Origin: Antedon mediterranea
Taxonomy: Eukaryota > Animalia > Echinodermata
Length of the DNA stretch: 64,000 bases
Direction of reading: 5' to 3'
Assembly (NCBI RefSeq): GCF_964355755.1
Contig: NC_092678.1
Span: forward strand, 1,318,422-1,382,421
Shown here: positions 51,435 to 61,095 of the stretch, piece by piece
How the letters are laid out: each line of letters begins with the position of its first letter
Position numbering within the stretch: position 1 is the stretch's first letter
Notes under the pieces: model-generated
The model's input: the letters and a program-made list of their open reading frames with translations, nothing else
Database searches by the model: none
What the model was told of the DNA's origin: nothing
Made by a program: the position numbers and the translations under genes

Positions 51435-53048
51435 TCAACGGTAATGGCCCGAAGGGAACATCACAAATTTGGTCTACCTGCAGACTTGGTCATTTCAACA
51501 CAAATGACTCTACCTTCGGATGACTTCAGGGTTTTTAGGAAACCCTGCAGAAGGTTCGTTGGGACATATAACAAGAATCAGAGCAACACCTCTGATTCAG
51601 TTTTTGAAATTAATTGTCGACCGAGGACTTAAATTCTGCCCAAAACCAAGGCAGGTCGGCGCACAACAACTATCTTTGGATATAGAGTCTTTTTCTAGAA
51701 GATTACGATTAAGTGAATATTTTGCTGATTCAGACAGCAGCACCACACAAAACGAAGGCAACGTTAACAAATTTAAACCAAAAAGTTCCTGGAATCCACC
51801 TAAAAATCGTTGTCCAGCTTTAGAAACATTTATCCAGGCTTTTGAGGAGGATGTACAAAACTACGTCCCGAGTCCAGATAAACGTGACAATCTCAAAACA
51901 AGAGAGGCAGGCCATTTCCAAATTGCGTCAGCGTAATGATATCATCATTAAACCCGCTGATAAAGGTTCTGCCACGGTTGCTATGGACATCAAATTTTAT
52001 TAAAAGGAATCCTTAAGACAGCTTCATTATATATCGTAAACTCACAACGGAACCCACCCCGGAAATTGCGGATAAGGTGGCAAAATCTGTTTCTGTGATG
52101 GTAAAAAAAACACTCCATCGATCCTAAGATTTACAGTTACCAAATCCACATTGTAGCGTTGATTTTGTGGACACTATAGTGACCATAGAAAATGGTACTC
52201 TCAAAACTGACCTATTCCGTAAACCCACTCACTGATAAAAATATGTACCTGCTCCCTAGCAGTTGTCATCCCCAACATTGTACTAAAAACATACCGAACA
52301 GTAAAGCATTACCTATCAGACGTATCTGTTCTTCAGATTTAGATTTTCAGAATCGTACCGAAGAACTAACCGGACATCTCCGGAATAGAAATTACAAACC
52401 TATCACCCTAGGTTGCCTCCATTACGGGGCTGTTAATTTATTGAGGAACATATGCCCATTCTACAGTCCACAGAACGTCTCATGACTGTTTTTCCGGAAC
52501 CACCCATTATTGCATTTCGTAGACCTCCCAACCTTTGTGATATATTAGTCAGATCCAAATGTAAGAGTGAAATTAACTCTCATGAAAATTTGGGCAGTCA
52601 CCTTTGCGGCAAATCTTGCAAAACTTGTTCATTGGTTGATTCTACTGAAAAATTTAAGAGTAACCAAACTGGCCGCATTTTTCGGATAAGACAATCAATT
52701 AATTGTCTAACCAAAAACGTCATTTATCTCATATACTGTAATATTTGTGGCAAACAGTACGTCGGAGAAACAAAAAACACTCTCCGTATGAGAATGACAC
52801 AACACAGATCAGCTATCAACACAGTAAAGCTTGTTCAACCAGTAGCCGAACATTTTAATTCAGCTGGTCACTCGATAACAAATTTCAGAGTTATTGCAAT
52901 ATTCCATGTGTCAAATGGAGCGACAAAACTCGCAAAGACAAGGAAAACCACTGGGAATTACAACTTAAAACCACAAAACCTTTTGTACTTAACATTAGAA
53001 ACATACTCCCAGGTTGGTAAAATTATTCCATTGTCTACCAAAATTTAA
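51435..53048 (+). mobile_element. Decayed Penelope-like retroelement (Neptune-type) ORF: RT remnants and GIY-YIG endonuclease
   Basis: RGLKFCPKP..FSRRLRLSEYF; IIIKPADKGS; YLLPSSCHP..IRRICS thumb; AFRRPPNL, CGKSCKTC Zn-linker, NVIYLIYCNICGKQYVGET..RMTQHRS..VAEHF. Multiple frameshifts and most of the RT core deleted. Confidence 0.9.
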
Positions 53049-53076
53049 GTTTCAATATTAACCACTATTTAAGCTG

Positions 53077-53190
53077 TTTTTAGTCGCGTGGACGCGACTC
53101 TATAGTTCACTATGTCGGTCGGTCGGTCTGTCTGTCGGTCCAGTATCACTATGCGTTTTAGCACGCGACTTATAGCTGTTGGCCTTGTTT
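53077..53190 (+). mobile_element. HINE/DINE-1-like insertion in the Penelope 3' region
   Basis: tttttagtcgcgtg..(gtcg/gtct)n..cacgcgact subterminal inverted repeat..ggccttgtt. Confidence 0.7.
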
Positions 53191-53338
53191 AGTTTCATTC
53201 CAAAATTGTTTATACTGTATCTCTACTAAGCTACCTTCTTTGTTTTCTACTCTTATTCAGACTCCACCCTGTCTCCTTTTGTTGTATTTCTTTTATTCCT
53301 GTCCACCCAGGCAGCACTTGCCAGCTCTTATCCTTCAC

Positions 53339-53377
53339 TTGCAATGATGAAGGGCTAGTGTTGCCCGAAAGCTCTGC
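53339..53377 (+). ncRNA. Hammerhead ribozyme copy with a core mutation (CUGAUGA to AUGAUGA)
   Basis: ttgca ATGATGA agggctagtgttgccc GAAA gctc tgc; otherwise the same as the minus-strand copy. Confidence 0.7.
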
Positions 53378-53627
53378 TAACGTTTCTGGCTGTTTTACTT
53401 TATCCTTTTGATTTAGCTTTTCACTTTTTTTTTGTATCTCCATTGAGATTCAGCCACTGATACCCACAGCATTGTCATTTTTTCAGTTATTTGCCTTTGG
53501 ATTTATATATATAAATGTATATAGAGGATTAAGATTATAATATACAGCATTTAAAATTACCAACTATTAATTAATCAAATCACTTTTGATTAAGTTACTA
53601 CAATCCTGAATTTGATTAAGGTGATTA

Positions 53628-53765
53628 CTAAGCTTTCTCTTAAAATAGGTTGCAAGAGTTACAGACGAATGTATCTTTGACATTCAAAGGCAAGGAATTC
53701 CAGATCCTCACAATTCTAGCAGGAATGCTAAATTTACTCGAATCCGTACTTGTTTATATTTGGCT
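53628..53765 (-). mobile_element. CR1/L2-type LINE 3' fragment inside the right arm (mirrored at ~50600-50710)
   Basis: Translates as SKFSIPARIVRIWNSLPLNVKD..KRKL, typical of the CR1/L2 ORF2 C-terminal WNxLP motif. Confidence 0.55.
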
Positions 53766-54991
53766 TATATAAGTTTGAAGTGAAACTCTTAAACTATTTT
53801 TCCCTTTAAAATGGTAATGGTCATTTTATCGTCATTGATGTGATATATTTTCAATTGTTTTTTGTTAGTTCGATTAAAGTTAAACTTTATTCAATTAAAT
53901 ATGTTGTTTTGGGTGGTTTTTTTTTGCTGCTGGTGGTATCTACAATATCTAAGGTAGGCTATATACTTGGGGTAAATGGGGGAACTTTAGAGGGGTCTGC
54001 CAGTGCCAAGGCAGTGTACAGATAGTCTGTTATAGGTCATTTGGTATTGCTTACAATTTGCTAAATCATAATTATAACATTGGTTGCTGGTGGTATCTAC
54101 AATATCTAAGCTAGGCCAGTTGGGGGAATGGAGTCTCTAGTCGAACTTTAGAGGGGTCTGCCAGGGCCAAGGCAGTGTACAGATAGTTTGTAATACGTCA
54201 TTTGGTGATTGCTTACAATGTGCTAAATCATGTATCTACAATATCTAAGCTGGGCTAGTTGGGGAAAGAGGGGTCTCTAGTCTAACTTTAGAGGGGTCTG
54301 CCAGGGCCAGGGCAGTGTTCAGATAGTCTGTAATTATAGGTCATTTGGTATTGCTTACAATGTGCTAAATCATATAACATTGGTTGCTGGTGGTATCTAC
54401 AATATCTAAGCTGGGTTAGTTGGGAAGGGGGGCCTCTAGTCTAACTTTAGGGTGTCTGGCACTTGCGGTGCAGCAGAAAATTAGTCTGTTGTTATCCATT
54501 TAGTATTGTATGAACACAACTTGTTCGTTTGGAATTGATTTTGAGTGGTAGGCTACCTCACTCATCTATGCTAACCCCATTTTAGGCCCTCCCTCGGGGG
54601 GGTCTGGCGGGCCTTTTGCAGCAGAGAAAAAGTCTGTCGTTTGTGATACTGTTATAAGGATGCCAATGGGCATCCCGTGGTGGTAAAATTAGGTGGTATC
54701 TCTCTCATCTAACCTGTGCCAATTTTTTAACACGTTTCGGGGTCCCCCCGGTCTAGACGCAGCAGGGAGTACCCGGCAGACTCCCATTTTCATTCACTTC
54801 AAGTGACCCCAACACACTCAAATCGTCAGATATTGGTACCTAGCTCATCTAACCAAATGTTTCTGGGCTGCCGGTCTAGTTGGAGAATGACCTTGTGACC
54901 TTGATGTTTATGGATCAGTGAAATCAGATGAAACAATGAAAATAAATTATAATTTTTGTGATAATTTAAATAAATTTTGTTATTTTTACAG

Positions 54992-55089
54992 CCGACGGCT
55001 GCAAAGTATGGAGGGAGGCACACAGTCACTCTAATTCCTGGTGACGGAATCGGACCAGAGCTTATGGTACATGTAAAAGATGTATTGAG
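54992..55089 (+). CDS. IDH3G: IDH3G exon 4
   Basis: tttttacag| [35 protein letters not shown]|gtgaga; [10 protein letters not shown] is characteristic of the gamma subunit. Confidence 0.95.
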
Positions 55090-55635
55090 GTGAGACAGAA
55101 ATGCTACCATTAAAGAATGAATGATAACAAAAGTTTGTTTAAACAGAAGATGTTTTACCCTGGCTAAAATTGTTCGGAATATGTACTATCCATATATAGG
55201 TAAATTTGTTCTCATTGAGAGTTCAAACCTACACTTCTCATATTCCCAACCTGGTATTCATACTGCTAGATCAGTAGACTTTTGGTTGATGGCCAAGGTT
55301 AGAATTAAGCCTAAATAAGGCTAATGTTAGTTAACTCTGTAGGTTAGTTGTGAATGTATCTGAATTTGATGACGGGGGTGTGTTCCCACATCATAAGGTT
55401 GTGGTTGCGGACTAGTCCATTATGGTCCAGGAGTGTTCTTGGAACTTAAACTTTACGTATCTAAGCCCTCCATCTGGAGAGCACCGACTATTGTCGGTTT
55501 ATCCAGGTAAGCGGCACTCATAGACTACTAACACTACTATTGGTTTGTGTATTATATTTATAAAATATTTCAAATACTGTAATCAAAAGTCATTTTGTGG
55601 TTGATCTAAACTGAATTTGTAGCTTATCACGCATA

Positions 55636-55775
55636 ATTAGACTACCGGATGATACATCAAACAATAAAGAAAGTAGAAAGACAACCAGGAAGACCAAAAG
55701 ATAATCCATCTTGCCCAAAACAGAAAAATATGGAACAAATTGTGGAAAGCGTAATGTCTGAATGATGGAAAAAGT
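55636..55775 (+). mobile_element. Short fragment of the RTE-like LINE family seen at 7730-8275
   Basis: ttagactaccggatgatac..ggaagaccaa..caaattgtggaaagcgtaatgtc shared with 8049-8260. Confidence 0.7.
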
Positions 55776-55833
55776 GTCAAGAGTACATTACATATAAATT
55801 TGATATTAAAAAACCTCTTGTTATCTGTTAAAG

Positions 55834-56018
55834 GCATGCAGGTGCACCAATAGAGTCGACTTTGAGGAGCTGCTGCTGAGTGGTGAAAGAGAAGATGCAG
55901 AGTCTGTAGAGCAGGCAATCATAGCTGTGAAGAGAAATGGAGTCGCTCTCAAAGGCAACATCCACACTGATCTGGATAAACTACAGATCGGTGATAAGTC
56001 TGACAATGTTACTCTAAG
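55834..56018 (+). CDS. IDH3G: IDH3G exon 5 (5-nt insertion; start may be 55842 or 55854)
   Basis: HAGAP[ataga]VDFEELLLSGEREDAESVEQAIIAVKRNGVALKGNIHTD..VTLR; donor AG|gtaaag. Confidence 0.9.
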
Positions 56019-56375
56019 GTAAAGACTATTCAATTAATAAAATAATTAATAATTTATGTATTATATCAAAATATTTTACTGGACATTGGAAGTGTTACAA
56101 TAATTATGTATTGAATAATTTACATTGTGTATTGTAATCATGGCTGTCATATATAATGACTTCAATCTCATATTTAACTAGTATGAATTCCTTCCTGTAT
56201 ATTACATACCGTGTGTGTGGGAAACATCACCCACATTGTGCGGCTAACATTAAAACGCAGTGCGAGTGATACCACAACACCATCATTTCTTTTGGAACAA
56301 TTTGGCTGGTTCATTCTTCTTAAATTTAATTTACTTAAATAATAATAATATAATGTTTTGTAAATTTCATTTCAG

Positions 56376-56508
56376 GAAAAATTTGGATTTATTCGCAAAC
56401 ATTGTTCACTGTAAAAGCTATCCTGGAATTAACACACGCCATAATGCTATTGATATTGTAATTATACGAGAGAACACAGAGGGAGAATACTCCAGTCTAG
56501 AACATGAG
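56376..56508 (+). CDS. IDH3G: IDH3G exon 6
   Basis: [44 protein letters not shown]; canonical ag/gt. Confidence 0.97.
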
Positions 56509-56750
56509 GTTAGTGCTTCTAAGAGTCATTACAAAATCTGTTTCTTAGAGTCATTACAAAATCTGTTTCTTTTAGAGTTTTAAGTATTGAACAGGTTAGG
56601 AATTATGTCAAAATCTACTGCAGTGATTGTTGGTTGTTTCAATGTAAAAAAGTTATGAGGCAATCCTTGCAATAAACAATACCTATGATTACCCCTAAAA
56701 AGCTTGCTAAATAATTGATAAAGAGTAAACAAATTATAGTAACTGCATAA

Positions 56751-56904
56751 AGCTCTGTCTACACTATCAAACTTTATGTGACAACAAAATATGATTTGCC
56801 CATATATGGACAGGATGATGTCGTACCACTACCATTTTTGGGTATATCACTACCATATTTGGGCGCTTTTTTTATCAAACTAGGTTGATAGTGTAAACAG
56901 AGCT
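56751..56904. mobile_element. MITE family A, full length
   Basis: TIRs agctctgtctacactatcaa / ttgatagtgtaaacagagct; TAA/TTA flanks. Confidence 0.85.
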
Positions 56905-56944
56905 TTAGAATCAATTGACATGTATTATTTATGTTTCTTTTTAG

Positions 56945-57078
56945 AATGTTTCGGGTGTTGTAGAAAGCTTAAAGATTATTACTCGTGCAAAATCAAGAAG
57001 AATAGCAGAATACGCTTTTGATTTTGCAAGAAAAAATGGTAGAAAGAAGGTGACTGCTGTACATAAAGCTAATATAAT
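56945..57078 (+). CDS. IDH3G: IDH3G exon 7
   Basis: [45 protein letters not shown]; canonical ag/gt. Confidence 0.97.
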
Positions 57079-57124
57079 GTAAGTAAAGTAGCCCCCCGCC
57101 CCTTCTTTGGGTCACCTCTACTAA

Positions 57125-57558
57125 TGGGACACCCCTATTCAACTCCTGGCCACGGGACACCCCTACTCATTTCTGTCCCGGGGACACATCTACTCAGAAG
57201 ACACTCATACTCAAGGCTCACTCCTACTCAGGGGACACCCCTATTCAGGAGACACTCCTATTAAGGGACATTCTTACTCAGGGGATACCCCTTTATTCAG
57301 GAGGCACTCCTATTAAGGGACACTCCTATTCAGAGGAAACTCCTATTCAGGGGACACTCCTATTTAGGGGACATACCTATTCAGGGAACACTCCTATTCA
57401 GGGAACACTCCTATTCAGAGGACACTCCTATTCACGGAACACTCCTATTCACGGAACACTCCTATTCAGAGGACACTCCTATTCAGAGGACACTCCTATT
57501 AAGGGGACACCCCTATTCAAAGGACACTCCTATTAAGGGGACACCACTATTCAGAGGT
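57125..57558. repeat. 18-bp minisatellite (ggacactcctattcagag), MITE-derived
   Basis: Visible directly; motif shared with the Tc1/mariner-like MITE subterminal repeat and with 21840-22190. Confidence 0.85.
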
Positions 57559-57721
57559 TATATACCTTTAAACAAACGAGGGGCAATCTGTATAACGCTA
57601 AGGCTAACACTTTGTTGACTCTTGAAAGTTTTCTATTTTATATTTTCAGACAGATTAAAAAGATAAAACCAAAGAGAAGAGATTACAGATTGACTGTAAT
57701 TGTTTCCTTTTTTTTCCACAG

Positions 57722-57824
57722 GAAATTAGGAGATGGATTGTTTTTACAAACATGTCGTGATGTTGCTGCCTTAAATACAGATATTGAATTTGAGGATATG
57801 ATCGTAGACAACTGCTGTATGCAG
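57722..57824 (+). CDS. IDH3G: IDH3G exon 8
   Basis: [34 protein letters not shown]; canonical ag/gt. Confidence 0.97.
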
Positions 57825-58365
57825 GTAAATATACTCATATTGAATGGAACTTTGTTTCTCTTAGTATCATAGTCTTACTATTTCACAAAGTTGGTAAACA
57901 ACAACAAACATCATTATACAAATAAAGAGTGTTAATTGTTCTATAACAAATGAAAATATTCTCCCCATACAACGAATGCAAAACATTTTATTGAAATAAA
58001 ATATACCTGTTATTTTAAAGTTATTCAATTATAATGTTTCCAAATGCTGATTTTGATAATACGTTGTTTTAATATCACTTAACCTATAGGCCTTGCCTGA
58101 CATCTCGTTGCTGAAATAATTGTCTTTCCTTTTTTGGCAGAATCTGTTAATACAAATTGGGGTCTAAGACCTGGTATTTTGGCTGAAAAGTTACAGTTAT
58201 TTTATTGGTTTACCATTTCATGCGTTTGATCGAAGTGGGTGCATCACATAAAAATATGAAAATATCAATCTGCGCGCGATACATTGTTGTTATATTATAG
58301 TGGGTTGCTTAAATTACGAGAATCAACTTATTTTTCACATATTTAACCGTTTAATTAAAGACACA

Positions 58366-59977
58366 GGGCCTGTTTCTGCTGCATACAAAATAACCGGTTA
58401 AAATCGGTGTGAATAAATTAAAATCGGTGTGAATAAATTAACTCCATTTTCTTGGCAGCAGAAACAGGACACATTTGTGGTAACCGGTTAAAAGGCAGCG
58501 CAAAATAACCGGTTAAAAACACCAATTTAAATCGGTGTTAGAACGCCGTTTAACCGGTTATCGCTGAGCAATTCTTAGCTGCAACACGAAATAACGGTTA
58601 TTTGATTGACAGTTGTGACCCCGGGTCAGATACCGTCGCATACGGTGCGTGTTTTCCTCGTGGTTTTGACAGTCGAACGAAGAAGTGAACATGTATGTGG
58701 ATGAATGAAATCACAAGATATGTTATTCAGTTGTGGGGGGAGAGAAAGTACGGGGAAGGATGGCAGGCAATAGAAAAGAATCACAGATAATAAATAAGAG
58801 AATTTTTGCGAAAGTAAAAGAGGAATTTGGGGTGGAGTTCCGGGGACTACCCATGCTAAGCAATTTGAGGCGTTAGTACACGCTCGCGAAGGGTATGGAT
58901 GGTCCTATATTAAAACCAAAACGGAAACAAAAGGGACTCAGAATGTTGCAAATACCTACCAAACGATAGTAGATAATGGTTAATTAATTATGAAAACCCA
59001 AATTTTATAGCAAAAATCATCCGAATTTATGTTATAAACGATGAATTTAGCAACAAAAACTTAATCCAAACGAGCGTATTTATGGCACGCCCTTAGTGCC
59101 TTTAATAGGAGAACAATGAACAATCTTAATTTGATCGTTTTATATAATTTTTTTAGAAAAACATCACATCGACCGAAAACAAAGGTTATGATAGCCTTTG
59201 ATAATATATTAAATATGATTTTATTAAGCATAGAAATGTGTTATTATTTATGTTAGTACATAAATATACGAAACAATGTTTAATACTCATTATTCTATTA
59301 AAGGCACTATGTGCGTGCGATATTCTATGACTTGGATACTCTCGTTTGATATAAGTTTTTGTGGCTAAACTCGTCGTTTTTAACATAAATTCGGACGATT
59401 TTTGCTATAAAAGTTAGGGTTTCATAATTAATTAACAATTATCTACTCTCGTTTGGTAGGTATTGCAACATTATAATCGTTTTTGTTTCCGTTTGGTTTT
59501 TTGTAGGACCGCGCTCGCGAAAGACAACAGTCGTTCACGTGGGAAGGGCCGTATCATCATCGCCTTTGTTGAGGAATTTTAGGCTAGATAAAAATTATCC
59601 TAGGCGATCGGGCGCTGCACGACCCTCCCCATGTTATTGAAGGCGCCATGAGAATTAATTTTATTAGCGATCAGTAAGTAGGCTTTACAAAAAACAAAAC
59701 TTGTAGACCTGTAGACAACATTTTATTATTTTAACATGTTTGAGATGTTCGGCGATATACACACGTGTGTATTGACGACGTCGATGTAAACAAACAGCCA
59801 ACTTACTACTTCCGTCTGAGTGTATTGCATTTTGGGTAATGATGACGTTTTGCTCGACGACCACCCATAGATTTAACCGGTTATTTCGGAGCACAACTTG
59901 AGCAGAAACGCGGTCTTGTTATTGTTATCTATTTTAAAATAACCGGTTAAATTGCGTTATGCAGCAGAAACAGACCC
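58366..59977. mobile_element. Non-autonomous PIF/Harbinger-like DNA transposon
   Basis: TIRs gggcctgtttctgctgcata / tatgcagcagaaacagaccc; 3-bp TSD aca; many subterminal aaccggtt palindromes. Confidence 0.8.
58891..59511. mobile_element. Nested Mutator-like foldback MITE
   Basis: ~210-bp inverted arms (58901-59110 vs 59290-59510); 10-bp direct repeat cgctcgcgaa at 58881-58890 and 59512-59521. Confidence 0.75.
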
Positions 59978-60065
59978 ACAAGAAATTATCGCAATATGTG
60001 CATATGGTATTTATTTAGTGTAGTGTGTGACCTTAAATTAGGTGGCTTTAAAGTTGAAATAGGAA

Positions 60066-60299
60066 ACATAGAGTATCGACCCATGTTATTTAATTATTCT
60101 TGTATTCAACAGATGGTATCTAACCCTAACCAGTTTGATGTGATGGTGATGCCCAACCTGTATGGTAACATAGTCAGCAATATTGAGTATCGACCCATGT
60201 TAATTATTTATTCTTGTATTCAACAGATGGTATCTAACCCTAACCAGTTTGATGTGATGGTGATGCCCAACCTGTATGGTAACATAGTCAGCAACATTG
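60066..60299 (+). repeat. 114-bp tandem duplication spanning the exon 9 acceptor
   Basis: tgtattcaacag|ATGGTATCTAACCC...GTCAGCAA occurs twice; exon starts at 60113 and 60227. Confidence 0.95.
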
Positions 60300-60373
60300 G
60301 TGCTGGAATTGTAGGTGGTCCAGGGATCGTACCAGGACAGAATTTAGGCGATAACTATTCGGTTTTTGAAACA
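60227..60373 (+). CDS. IDH3G: IDH3G exon 9 (alternative start 60113)
   Basis: [49 protein letters not shown] |gtaagt. Confidence 0.95.
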
Positions 60374-60695
60374 GTAAGTACTTTGTTTGAATTTCTTACA
60401 AAACATTTACAAAATTGTTTATCATACAGTAGGCCTAGTTTTAACACTGTTGTTGTGTTATGTTGCCTCATTTTTAGTTTTATTTTGTGTTAAACTGTAG
60501 GCCCTACATGCTTCTTTAGCTGGCCATGATAGCAATTACTGCAGTAACTATGTTTTGTTTACTCCGTAACCTTTTTATGCAATTATTTACCAATTTACAC
60601 ATTGGTTATTGCAATGACTGCCTCATAAACTTACATTAAAATAAAGTACAATCATATGTTAGTGCAGTGAGGAGAAAAATGTGGTTTAACCGCAG

Positions 60696-60858
60696 TACAG
60701 TCAACTCTCCCAATACCGGACTCTCTGAAAACCGGAAACTCTTCCGATACCAGACTTTTCTTAGGACCAAAATGTCCCAAATTCATTTTTACCGTTAGAA
60801 ACACATTCCAAAAACCAGACATATTAAGCCAGCCCAAAAGTGTCCGGTATTTGGAGCT
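60696..60858. mobile_element. Tc1/mariner-like MITE
   Basis: ta-cagtcaactctcccaataccggac ... gtccggtatttggag inverted ends; right end decayed. Confidence 0.6.
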
Positions 60859-60929
60859 CCCATATTTAAATTGTATGTTCTCATTTACTCATGACAATTT
60901 TTAAAAATCTTAATTTCATCTAAATCAAG

Positions 60930-61085
60930 GCAACCCGTAATACAGGAAAGACTATAGCTGGAAAAAACATGGCCAACCCAACAGCAATGTTACTTGCCAG
61001 TTGTCAGATGTTAGACCACTTGAATCTTCACAAACATGCTACACTTATCAGAGAGTCAATTATGGAAACTCTCTCATACAAAGAG
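60930..61085 (+). CDS. IDH3G: IDH3G exon 10 (final exon lies beyond the window)
   Basis: [52 protein letters not shown] |gttagt. Confidence 0.95.
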
Positions 61086-61095
61086 GTTAGTGTTA

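Larger units (their letters stand above)
49486..54878. mobile_element. 5.4-kb composite foldback element with ~1.5-kb inverted arms (Academ-like termini)
   Basis: 49486-51016 is the reverse complement of 53337-54878; ends tagaccggcagcccag / ctgggctgccggtcta; 3-bp direct repeat gtt on both flanks; ~150-bp subterminal tandem repeats in each arm. The superfamily call (TAG termini, 3-bp TSD, long TIRs) is inference. Confidence 0.85.

Noticed and set aside
51520-53048. Active GIY-YIG/RT gene or host nuclease
   Set aside because: Several frameshifts and loss of most RT catalytic motifs; treated as a Penelope relic.
55255-55530. Possible 5S- or tRNA-derived SINE in IDH3G intron 4
   Set aside because: Only vague similarity; no convincing internal promoter boxes or second copy in the window.
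25373-56033. Antisense ORFs 25373..25681, 44118..44360, 54826..55110 and 55821..56033
   Set aside because: Shadows of real exons on the opposite strand.
54992-61085. IDH3B or IDH3A identity, or a processed pseudogene
   Set aside because: [18 protein letters not shown] and NLYGNIV..FETATRNTGK match the gamma subunit, and the gene retains introns with canonical splice sites.
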